From: Candidatus Kapaibacterium sp.
GTDB lineage: Bacteria; Bacteroidota; Ignavibacteria; Kapaibacteriales; UBA2268
DNA length: 64,000 bases
Direction: 5' to 3'
Assembly (NCBI GenBank): GCA_963665665.1
Contig: OY762428.1
Span: forward strand, 4,096,001 to 4,160,000
Below the pieces are notes generated by a model that searched no databases, was not told the origin of the DNA, and saw only the letters and a program-made list of their open reading frames with translations. The translations under genes and the position numbers were made by a program. Positions 39,056 through 48,095 of the stretch are shown one piece after another. Each line of letters starts with the position of its first letter. The stretch's first letter is position 1.

Positions 39056-41404
39056 TTACATTCCGGCGCTTATACCAATATATGGCGTGCGCGGCCGGCC
39101 GGGGCCGTACACATATCCGGCATCGCGGCCAAGCCCCGTATCAAAATCTTCCTGGAAGCTGTTCAGGATATTATACATTCCAATAAACAGCTTGATTTTC
39201 GATTCACTGCTTACTTCATAGCTGAACTTACCGTTTAATTCAAAAAAGGTGTCTGTTTCAACTAATTCGTCGAACATTACTTCAGAACCGTCAGGCCTGA
39301 TTCCACCGGCAAGGTGGGGTGCTAACATAGGCCCGGTCAGTACCGAGCTAACATCAATAGCGGCTTTCTGAGTAAGTTTCCAGCTTAAATTGAAATAGCC
39401 GTACCAGTCCGGAGTCCGTAACAATTTATCTGTAGTACCGTCGCCGGATTCAATATCATTTTCATTCCATTCAACAGGATTGTCATATTTTGCCTGCTCG
39501 TAAGTAAATCCTGCCCTGAAATCAAATGTATTTTTCTTAGCAGTCTGCAATTCGAAAGTCAATCCGCTGACGTTTGCCCCGTCTTCGTTATTTCTTCTTT
39601 CCTCAACAATTAGCTGTGAGTTTTCGTCACTTATAACAGTAGTATAGAATACATCTTTCAGGTGAGTTCTGAAAAGATCCAGGGAAATTGCCGTGGGAAG
39701 TCCGAACATATCAAATGAATAATCAACGGCAGCACCAAGACTTGTTGAGTATTCAGGTTTCAGGTCAGGTGAATTAAGGTGAATTTTTGCTTCACCGCCA
39801 ACCTGTGTAATATGAAGATCCTCGTCAAATGTTTGTGGAGCACGGTATCCGGTAGAGAAACTACCTCTTAATGATAACTTTTCAGTTATTTTATAAAGTA
39901 CATTAGCTCTTGGGCTTATTATCAGGTCTTTGATCATATTATGTTTGTCGCCTCTTACTCCGAGAAGTATGCTGAATTCATCTGTAAGAGCCCAGTCATC
40001 CTGAAGATAAAAGCCATGTGTCCTGGTGAATTGGTCAATTATCCTGTTATAGGACGGAGCCCTGTCGATTATATCGTCGTAGTTGACTTCATATCCTGCT
40101 GTAAAAACATGAGCACCTGCTAATCCGTCCATCGGGTGAGTGTATTTTAAACCGCCAACATAAGTTTTATTGTCCGAAGTTCCGTATGCATCAACAATTT
40201 CATCGGAATTCATTACTTCTTTTGCTCCGTAGAAACTTTCCCTGTTTGTTACCTGGAATGATACGTAAGCAGATATCTGGTTGGATGCCTGGCCAAAGTA
40301 GTGATCAATGCTTACACCCCCGGAATTTGTTTTGTGGCTGGCAGATTCGCAGATATTCGCGTGGTGTGGTTCCACATCGAACATATCACCGCCCCGCCTT
40401 TCATCGAACAAAGTATGGAATTCGGCATTCATTTTCGTTTTAGAATCGATTTTATAAAAACCTCTTGCTCCGAAAGAATTCAGTTTCAAACGCGGTACTT
40501 CTGTAAAACCGTCACCGTTGGCATCCCACTGCCTGCGGGAACGTGTCATTCCGAAAATTGCCAGGCCAAGGTTCTGAGCATCATTAACAACTGATGCGTT
40601 CATGTGCCCGTTGAAATCCGGCATAACCCCGTCGGTATATGACTGTGTGATTCCGGCGCTGAATTCATTGCTTACAGGATCCTTTGTAATAATATTTATT
40701 ACGCCTGCTATAGCGCTTCCGCCGAACAAAGCCGATCCGCCACCGCGTATGATCTCTACCCTTTCTATCATATTTGTCGGTAATTGTTCAAGCCCGTAAA
40801 CACCGTTCAGTGTTGAAAAAACAGGCCTGCTGTCTATCAATATCTGTGAGTATTGTCCTTCAAGTCCGTTCAGCCTTACCTGGGTGAAACTGCAATTCTG
40901 GCAATTATTTTCTACTCTGACTCCCGGCTGGAAGCATAAACCCTCACGGAGATCGGAAGAACTTGTCGATTCGAACAATTTTGTATCAACAACAGAAATC
41001 TTTACGGGAACATCCTGGTAAATCTTTTCTGTCCTGGTTCCGCTTACAACAATTTCCTCGGTTTCAACCGGCGCGGATTTCATTTTAACAACAACATTAA
41101 TATGAGAATCATGAGTTTTTGCGGAGTCAGTTGAAACAAGCATCTTCTGCTTTTCATAGCCTACTGCGGTAACTAATAATTCATGAACACCCGGAGGTAC
41201 ATTTTTTACGAAGCACTGGCCTTCACGGTTTACTTTTGCACCGAGAACAGTGTTCAATACTCTTACAGTTGCTCCGATAACCGGTCCGTTATCAATATCG
41301 AATACTTCGCAATGTATGATAAATGTTCTTGCCTGGAGAGGTATATTTGCTGATATGCTAATAATAATGGAAAGGAATAATAATTTCAAAATGTTCATTT
41401 TCAT
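39056..41404 (-). CDS. TonB-dependent receptor with N-terminal carboxypeptidase-regulatory-like domain
   Basis: EEIVVSGTRTE, QPGVRVENNCQNC, IERVEIIRGGGSALFG..AIAGVINIITK, YVYGPGRPRT. Confidence 0.93.
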   Translation of the reverse strand: MKMNILKLLFLSIIISISANIPLQARTFIIHCEVFDIDNGPVIGATVRVLNTVLGAKVNREGQCFVKNVPPGVHELLVTAVGYEKQKMLVSTDSAKTHDSHINVVVKMKSAPVETEEIVVSGTRTEKIYQDVPVKISVVDTKLFESTSSSDLREGLCFQPGVRVENNCQNCSFTQVRLNGLEGQYSQILIDSRPVFSTLNGVYGLEQLPTNMIERVEIIRGGGSALFGGSAIAGVINIITKDPVSNEFSAGITQSYTDGVMPDFNGHMNASVVNDAQNLGLAIFGMTRSRRQWDANGDGFTEVPRLKLNSFGARGFYKIDSKTKMNAEFHTLFDERRGGDMFDVEPHHANICESASHKTNSGGVSIDHYFGQASNQISAYVSFQVTNRESFYGAKEVMNSDEIVDAYGTSDNKTYVGGLKYTHPMDGLAGAHVFTAGYEVNYDDIIDRAPSYNRIIDQFTRTHGFYLQDDWALTDEFSILLGVRGDKHNMIKDLIISPRANVLYKITEKLSLRGSFSTGYRAPQTFDEDLHITQVGGEAKIHLNSPDLKPEYSTSLGAAVDYSFDMFGLPTAISLDLFRTHLKDVFYTTVISDENSQLIVEERRNNEDGANVSGLTFELQTAKKNTFDFRAGFTYEQAKYDNPVEWNENDIESGDGTTDKLLRTPDWYGYFNLSWKLTQKAAIDVSSVLTGPMLAPHLAGGIRPDGSEVMFDELVETDTFFELNGKFSYEVSSESKIKLFIGMYNILNSFQEDFDTGLGRDAGYVYGPGRPRTPYIGISAGM

Positions 41405-41565
41405 CTTTTGCCGACCAATATATCAATTCATAAAATATCAATAAATTCATCTCAAACTGATATTCTTTGTGCCCTGAAAAGAAATATCAATTGCCCTAAA
41501 TTTCATGTTCCTATTGAGCTTAACTGCATATTAGCAGTTTATATGTATGTAGAATATTTGGTGAG

Positions 41566-41931
41566 TTATACTACCGGAGGTGCACGTAACCTGTTGTCCC
41601 TGATAACCTGCCTGGAAAATGACTTTGTTTTTTCAGGTATGAAATTGTCAAATTCCAGAAAAAACAGGTTTGTTTCAAGCGAGAACAGGTTTTGCTGAAT
41701 GTAATTCTGATTACTGATATTATCCAGCATGATTAGCTGGAAGTCAGTATGTGTGTGGTCTTTTAATGGAAGTTTTGAGTCTGATGAATTCGAAAAGGGG
41801 TGGTAATGATAGATATAGCCAAGTTTGATAGACTTATGATAATGCCCGTACATTGAATAATTGTATAATTGCCATGATATTGACAAAAACACAATAAGTA
41901 CAGACATCAATCTGATAATCTTCCGGCTCAT
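41566..41931 (-). CDS. His-rich upstream ORF with C-terminal RAPP arrest-like motif
   Basis: N-terminal hydrophobic segment; GHYH, YHYHPF and DHTH; ends NRLRAPPVV*; 161 nt upstream of the TonB receptor. Confidence 0.8.
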   Translation of the reverse strand: MSRKIIRLMSVLIVFLSISWQLYNYSMYGHYHKSIKLGYIYHYHPFSNSSDSKLPLKDHTHTDFQLIMLDNISNQNYIQQNLFSLETNLFFLEFDNFIPEKTKSFSRQVIRDNRLRAPPVV

Positions 41932-41972
41932 TTTCTTATCCCATCCCGAAAAAAACCATCGTTTAACTGAGG

Positions 41973-41980
41973 CAAACCTA
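41973..41980 (-). promoter_or_regulatory. Putative Bacteroidota-type -7 promoter element TAGGTTTG
   Basis: Matches TAnnTTTG about 40 nt upstream of the RAPP ORF start. Confidence 0.45.
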
Positions 41981-42113
41981 AGAAATAATTTTGTTATAAA
42001 AAACTAAAAAATTCCTTCACTTCAAAAACTATAACCAAGTGTTGTTCATTTCGGATTATAATATTATATTGTACAAAAATTATTACTATTTGTTTATAAT
42101 ATTCGGAGAAGAG

Positions 42114-43340
42114 ATGAAAATACTCAAAACAATTTTGGCCTTGGTAATTGTTATTGGCATAGCTGCCTGTAGCGAGAAAGAAGAGAAACCTGTAAAAGAA
42201 ACAACTGATTACATCCGGTTTTCTCAAAAAATGATTGAAACCTATGCTGAAACAGGTAATGAAAAAGAAACAATAGAATATGGATATGAAGCTCCCGATG
42301 ATATATTCTGGGTAAAGGCAGTTCACAAAGATGAAGAAGGAAATATTACAAAAACAGTGGAAAGAAAACTCGATGAAAACAGGTTGCCTGTAAGCGAAAC
42401 AGTTACAGAACTTGATATGGTAACCGAAAGTTCCGAAATGAAATTCGATCCCGAAACCAAACTTATGCTTGCTGTAAAAGAGTACCAGGGGGAATTGAAA
42501 CCCGAAAATCTTGTCAAAACTGTTGATTATGAATATAAAGACGGAGTTCTGTTTTCGCAGACAATCAACAGGTATTCACAGGATTCCTGCTTTACAAATG
42601 CCGAAGGTAAGAAAATTACCGCCACATATAAGATGCGCTATATGCCTGCACCTAAACACAGGCCTAAAGGGAATTATCCTGCAGCAACTGTTCTTGAAGA
42701 AATGGTTGTTTATAATACCGAGTGTTGCGACAAAAGCGATAAATCGCATCACGATAATAAAAAATGCGATGAAGAAGCAAAGAAGAAATTAGGCCAGGTA
42801 GTTCAAAAAGGGTTTACTGAATTTGATAAAGACGGCTATCCCGTGCACTATTATACTGACACTCCTGATTGCGACCACCACGCCGCTGAGGAATGGTACA
42901 AAACTGAAAAAGATGATAAAGGAAATGTAATTGCAGTAACCGGCTATATGAACAAAGCTCTCGATTCCAGCAGTTTCAGGAATGTCAGAACATCCTATAC
43001 TTATGATGAAAATGGCTTAGTTGCTTCAGTAGCAGAACACCGCTATAATCCCGAGAATGGAAAGTATGAATTGATGCATGATTTTCAGGGCTTCAAGTGG
43101 AACCCTACCGGATTGAATAATGATTACAGGCTATATTGTCCGGATACCAGGTCAGAGCACTATTGTTTTGGTGCGAAACATTACTCGGTATCAACAAAGA
43201 CAGTTGAAAAGAAAGAGGGAGTAAAAATTGCTACATACATGAGTTTTGATATGCCAAGCGAAGAAGGCGCAAAACCGGAATTAGTTGAACTGAAAAAAGA
43301 AAAACAGGTAACAGTTAAGTTTGAAATGATAACAAAATAA
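42114..43340 (+). CDS. Hypothetical lipoprotein with YD-like beta-hairpin repeats
   Basis: ATG at 42114 after GGAG; lipobox IAAC; DEEGN, YEYKDG and YTYDENG; Cys/His-rich insert. Confidence 0.75.
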   Translation: MKILKTILALVIVIGIAACSEKEEKPVKETTDYIRFSQKMIETYAETGNEKETIEYGYEAPDDIFWVKAVHKDEEGNITKTVERKLDENRLPVSETVTELDMVTESSEMKFDPETKLMLAVKEYQGELKPENLVKTVDYEYKDGVLFSQTINRYSQDSCFTNAEGKKITATYKMRYMPAPKHRPKGNYPAATVLEEMVVYNTECCDKSDKSHHDNKKCDEEAKKKLGQVVQKGFTEFDKDGYPVHYYTDTPDCDHHAAEEWYKTEKDDKGNVIAVTGYMNKALDSSSFRNVRTSYTYDENGLVASVAEHRYNPENGKYELMHDFQGFKWNPTGLNNDYRLYCPDTRSEHYCFGAKHYSVSTKTVEKKEGVKIATYMSFDMPSEEGAKPELVELKKEKQVTVKFEMITK

Positions 43341-43379
43341 GTTTATATATCATATTTTCTGAGTAGTAAATATTGTTTT

Positions 43380-43418
43380 AACTCATCCGGTGGCCCTAAC
43401 TAACCGGATGAGTTTTTT
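43380..43418 (+). terminator. Rho-independent terminator
   Basis: AACTCATCCGGT...ACCGGATGAGTT followed by a T run. Confidence 0.75.
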
Positions 43419-43507
43419 ATTTCTGAGAGATACAAATTTCATGAGTGAAGTGATAAGAAATTTGATAGTCGAACATTTCCAAAGTCTATCTGTGGTTCTA
43501 CCCGAGA

Positions 43508-44971
43508 CTAACTTCTTCTGATCAGTTTTTTTAATGCTGATATTTCTTCTTTGCTGAAGAAACGGAAAGTGTAAAGAATGATCAGGAATACTGCTATAGC
43601 TAACGTTCTGACCAGAAAATCAATAATTCCGAATTCATCTACTGATATTGTAGTTGTAACAAAATATACAGGCAAAGCAGCACACCATAATAAAATGATT
43701 CTTTTCCACTCGTATTGGTTGGGATAAACCTTCAGGGTGAAATAATACATGACCAAAGCGCTGACAGCGTAGGCCACAAGTGTTGCCCATGCTGAACCCA
43801 AATAACCAAACCACGGTATCAGGACAATATTTAATATTATATTTGATATTGCTGCAGCTCCTACTGCTATGGGCAGAAATTTTGTCTGCTTGGTAATATG
43901 GAAGCCGGCGGCAAAATTGTTGAATGCTCCGTTGAAATAGTAACCAATCAGGATTATAGGGATAATTCCCATTCCGCTCCAAAAATCAGGGCTGATAAAA
44001 CGTCCGCCTACAAAGGGTAAGCGAACCATAAAATCCATGTAAAGGCTTACGGTAAGAAATATTATGGCAGAAAACATTGAAAAATAAGTAAAAATCCTGG
44101 CAAAAAGCTGCTTGGAATTTTTATCTTTGAAATGATTCAGATAAAAAGGTTTCCATGCATATTCAAAAACTGTTACAAATAGCATCATTGGAATGCCAAG
44201 CTTGTAATTCATCTCGTACATTCCAAGTGTATCATCATTTGTCATGGCTTTCAGTATTGGCCTGTCGGCAACATTCAGAATCATGATTGATAAACTTGCC
44301 GGAATGGTTGGAATACCGAAAATTATCATATCCTTCAAGAGCTTAGAGTCAAATTTCAAACTCAGATTTTTTAGAATATCTCTCGAGAAAAGCAGAACAC
44401 CTGTACCTGAAGCTATCAGGTTCGCCAGAAAAGCACCCGAGGCATCCCATTTCAAATATACGATCAGATAAATGTTAAGGCCGACAGTTATTAATATCAT
44501 CAGAAACCTCGTTAATGCAAACCTGCCTGCTTTTCTTGTCATTCTGAGGTAAGCAAACGGAATCCATGTAAGAGCATCCAGGAAGGGAATATAGGCAGCA
44601 TACCTTATTAATTCGGCTCCGTTACTTCCATTACTGACATAAGGACCGATATTTTCTGCAAGGGAGAATATGATTGTAGATATAATACCGCTAAGAAGGC
44701 CAATAAATATAAAACTATGGCTGAAGGCCTTTTTCGATTGTTTAATATCATCTTTAGAAAAGAACCTGAAATAGGCAGATTCCATACCAAGTGAATAGAT
44801 GATATTCATAAACGCCAGAACTGAAAAAACAAAACCAATGTTGCCAAGTTCAGATACGGTTAGATAATTCGAATATATAGGGAAAAGCATAAAGGTCAGA
44901 AAGCGGCCAACAATGGTAAAAACACCATATATTGCGGTATCCGAAGCCAGTGATTTCAGTTCTTTTTTCAT
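43508..44971 (-). CDS. Oligosaccharide flippase (Wzx/MOP family)
   Basis: LASDTAIYG, LGMESAYFRF, ADRPIL, AWKPFY, GSAWATL; about 12-14 TM segments. Confidence 0.88.
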   Translation of the reverse strand: MKKELKSLASDTAIYGVFTIVGRFLTFMLFPIYSNYLTVSELGNIGFVFSVLAFMNIIYSLGMESAYFRFFSKDDIKQSKKAFSHSFIFIGLLSGIISTIIFSLAENIGPYVSNGSNGAELIRYAAYIPFLDALTWIPFAYLRMTRKAGRFALTRFLMILITVGLNIYLIVYLKWDASGAFLANLIASGTGVLLFSRDILKNLSLKFDSKLLKDMIIFGIPTIPASLSIMILNVADRPILKAMTNDDTLGMYEMNYKLGIPMMLFVTVFEYAWKPFYLNHFKDKNSKQLFARIFTYFSMFSAIIFLTVSLYMDFMVRLPFVGGRFISPDFWSGMGIIPIILIGYYFNGAFNNFAAGFHITKQTKFLPIAVGAAAISNIILNIVLIPWFGYLGSAWATLVAYAVSALVMYYFTLKVYPNQYEWKRIILLWCAALPVYFVTTTISVDEFGIIDFLVRTLAIAVFLIILYTFRFFSKEEISALKKLIRRS

Positions 44972-44975
44972 AATA

Positions 44976-46274
44976 TTAAATGCTTCCTGTCAGGATTGAT
45001 TCCCCGGTATAAAAAGCGCCGGCAATGCACGCTGTCATCATACATGCCAGGTTTGCAGCCAAAAGAGCCCTTGGTGCGACGGCTGCTAAATCATTTTTTC
45101 TGTCCGGCGCAAGAGCAGTTATACCACCGGTAAAAATTGCCACTGAAGCTGCATGAGCAAACCCGCAAAGAGCATAAGTTGTAATTACTATTGAGCGCGG
45201 GTCATTAAATTCGCCATTCTTTATCAAAACCGAAAGCTCCTGGTAAGAAACAACCTCGGTTAAAATCAGCCTTTCCCCGACAAGTTTGGATACAGTTCCG
45301 GCATCAGAAGAAGGTACACCCATAACATACGAGAAAGGATAAAATATATATCCCAGAATGTTTTCTATACTGAATTCCCAGTTGGTTCCGAAAAATGAGT
45401 TAAAAAGGCCTCCGAATCCTCCGAAAATGAGATTCACGAGTGTCATTATACTAATAACAGCAATTAAAAGCGCTACAATCCCGACTAACATCTGGAATCC
45501 TGTATTTGATCCGCTAATTATCGATCCAAATAAACTTTTATCCACTTTAAAATATGGCGGAACATATTTTCCGTATGTTTCTGCTGTTCCGGTTTCGGGT
45601 ACAAGTATTTTTGACATAACAATTGCTGCGGGAGCAGACAGGAGGGAAGCGGAAATCAAATGCCCTGCGATCATAGGAAATACATCATAAAGAAACAAGG
45701 TATAAGTGGCAAAAATACTTGAGGCCACTGTTGCCATTCCGGCTGTCAGAGCAGTACACAGTTCTGAGCGTGTCATTTGGGAAAGATAAGGTTTTATAGT
45801 TATTGTGGATTCAATCCCAACAAAAATATTACTGGCAGCTGATAAAGATTCAGCACCTGATGTCTTCATCAATTTTGCAAAAAGTACTGCAAAGCCTTTT
45901 AAAATTTTGGGCATAATATTATAATAATACAGCACCGACATAATTGCAGCAAAGAAAATTATTGATGGAAATACCTGGAAAGCTAATATAAAACCAATGC
46001 TTCCTTCCTTTCCGGGGCCCCTGCCAAGTGGCCCGAAAACGAATTCGGCTCCGGCAAAGGAAGATTCCAAAGCCTTCATCACAATATCGTTTAAAAGAAG
46101 AAAGAACTTGGATCCATAAGGAAATACAAAAACGAAAAGCCCTGCTGCTATCTGCAGAGCCAATCCGGCAATTACAGTTCTTTTATTTATTGCTTTTCTG
46201 TTTGTCGAAAAAATCCATCCTACAAACAATAGAAAAAACAGGCCTGCGAAACTTATTGCATTATAATGAGACAT
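44976..46274 (-). CDS. Concentrative nucleoside transporter (CNT/NupC family)
   Basis: AFQVFPSIIFF, SGAESLSAASNIFVG, MTRSEL, GMATVA, YALCGFAH. Confidence 0.92.
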   Translation of the reverse strand: MSHYNAISFAGLFFLLFVGWIFSTNRKAINKRTVIAGLALQIAAGLFVFVFPYGSKFFLLLNDIVMKALESSFAGAEFVFGPLGRGPGKEGSIGFILAFQVFPSIIFFAAIMSVLYYYNIMPKILKGFAVLFAKLMKTSGAESLSAASNIFVGIESTITIKPYLSQMTRSELCTALTAGMATVASSIFATYTLFLYDVFPMIAGHLISASLLSAPAAIVMSKILVPETGTAETYGKYVPPYFKVDKSLFGSIISGSNTGFQMLVGIVALLIAVISIMTLVNLIFGGFGGLFNSFFGTNWEFSIENILGYIFYPFSYVMGVPSSDAGTVSKLVGERLILTEVVSYQELSVLIKNGEFNDPRSIVITTYALCGFAHAASVAIFTGGITALAPDRKNDLAAVAPRALLAANLACMMTACIAGAFYTGESILTGSI

Positions 46275-46283
46275 ATTGTCGGA

Positions 46284-47963
46284 TTAGTCCTTAATCAATT
46301 TTTTATAATGAATACGTTTCGGGCCGGAATCTCCAAGCCTTGCCTTTTTATTTTCTTCATAATCAGAATATGTACCCTCGAAGAAATAAACCTGCGAATC
46401 ACCTTCGAAAGCAAGGATATGAGTTGCAACCCTGTCCAGGAACCATCTGTCGTGAGAGATCACCACTGCACAACCGGCGAAGTTTTCGAGGCCTTCCTCC
46501 AGCGCGCGGAGCGTATTCACGTCAATATCATTTGTTGGTTCGTCAAGTAAAAGCACATTCGCTTCGCTTTTCAGTGTCAGGGCAAGGTGCAGCCTGTTTC
46601 TTTCACCGCCTGAAAGATATCCGCATTTCTTTTGCTGATCCTGCCCGCTGAAATTGAACCTTGCTACATAGGCTCGGGAATTAATCGTCCTTCCGCCAAC
46701 ATTTAGCAGGTCATTACCTTCGGAAACAACTTCCCAAACAGTTTTCTCAGGATCTATGTCGGTATGGGCCTGATCAACGTAACCAAGCTCAACAGTATCA
46801 CCAATTTCAAAATTGCCGTTATCGGCAGTTTCCTGCCCCATTATCATACGGAATAAAGTGGTTTTACCGGCTCCGTTCGGGCCGATAATCCCAACAATAC
46901 CTGCGGGCGGAAGGTTGAATTCAAGGTTTTCGAACAGTAGTTTGTCGCCATACGCTTTTGAAACTTTATTTGAAATAATTACTTTATCGCCCAGCCTGGG
47001 GCCGTTTGGTATAAATATTTCCAGGTTCTGTTCTTTTTCATCTACATCCTGGCTGAGCATTTTTTCATAAGCGGCCAGCCTTGCTTTGGATTTAGTCTGT
47101 TTTGCTTTGGGGCTCATCCTTACCCATTCAAGTTCTCTTTCAAGTGTTTTCCTGCGTTTACTCTCAGATTTTTCTTCCTGCTCAAGGCGTTTGGATTTCT
47201 GTTCCAGCCAGGATGAATAATTGCCTTTCCAGGGAATGCCATGCCCGCGATCAAGTTCAAGTATCCAACCTGCAACATTATCAAGAAAATACCTGTCGTG
47301 AGTGATAGCTATAACGGTTCCTTTATATTGCTTTAGGTGCATTTCCAACCATTGAACTGATTCTGCATCAAGGTGGTTTGTCGGCTCGTCAAGCAGCAGG
47401 ATATCAGGTTCCTGCAATAGCAGTCTGCATAATGCAACACGTCTGGCTTCACCGCCGGACAGGTTATCAACCGGAGTATCACCCGGTGGGCAGCGCAGTG
47501 CGTCCATGGCACGTTCCAGCCTGCTGTCAAGTTCCCAACCGTTGCGCCTTTCAATTTCATCAGTCAGTTCGCCCTGGCGTTCGATAAGTTTGTTCATCTC
47601 ATCGTCATCCATCGGCTCGGCAAATTTCATACTGACTTCTTCATATTCTTTAAGTATATCAACAAGTTCCTGCGTACCCTGCTGAACAACTTCCTTAACT
47701 GTAAGGCCTGGCTCCAGTTGCGGATCCTGCTCCAGATAACCGACAGAATAGCCGGGAGAAAAAACTACTTCGCCGTTGTATGATGTTTCGATACCGGCTA
47801 TGATCTTAAGAAGTGTTGATTTACCGGCACCGTTCAGGCCTATAATACCTATCTTTGCACCGTAAAAGAACGATAGGTAAATATCTTTCAGTACATTTTT
47901 TGCAGGAGGGAAGGTTTTACTAACACCTACCATTGAAAATATTATTTTTTTATCATCAGCCAT
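46284..47963 (-). CDS. ettA: Energy-dependent translational throttle protein EttA (ABC-F)
   Basis: LSFFYGAKIGIIGLNGAGKST, DALRCPP, ILELDRG.GIPWKGNYSSWLEQK, two ABC cassettes. Confidence 0.96.
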   Translation of the reverse strand: MADDKKIIFSMVGVSKTFPPAKNVLKDIYLSFFYGAKIGIIGLNGAGKSTLLKIIAGIETSYNGEVVFSPGYSVGYLEQDPQLEPGLTVKEVVQQGTQELVDILKEYEEVSMKFAEPMDDDEMNKLIERQGELTDEIERRNGWELDSRLERAMDALRCPPGDTPVDNLSGGEARRVALCRLLLQEPDILLLDEPTNHLDAESVQWLEMHLKQYKGTVIAITHDRYFLDNVAGWILELDRGHGIPWKGNYSSWLEQKSKRLEQEEKSESKRRKTLERELEWVRMSPKAKQTKSKARLAAYEKMLSQDVDEKEQNLEIFIPNGPRLGDKVIISNKVSKAYGDKLLFENLEFNLPPAGIVGIIGPNGAGKTTLFRMIMGQETADNGNFEIGDTVELGYVDQAHTDIDPEKTVWEVVSEGNDLLNVGGRTINSRAYVARFNFSGQDQQKKCGYLSGGERNRLHLALTLKSEANVLLLDEPTNDIDVNTLRALEEGLENFAGCAVVISHDRWFLDRVATHILAFEGDSQVYFFEGTYSDYEENKKARLGDSGPKRIHYKKLIKD

Positions 47964-48095
47964 TTTTTTGTTTCTCCGTTTAGTTATAAATGTATTTCTA
48001 CAAATTTACGATTAATATTTATTTGATTATATAAATGTTTAACTATATATTATTAATAATTTTTTTTAAATTAAAGGAAAAACCTTGGGATATAC

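Noticed and set aside
41405-42113. Cobalamin or other riboswitch ahead of the TonB receptor
   Set aside because: No B12-box or other recognisable aptamer consensus seen; an Infernal/Rfam scan would be needed to exclude it fully
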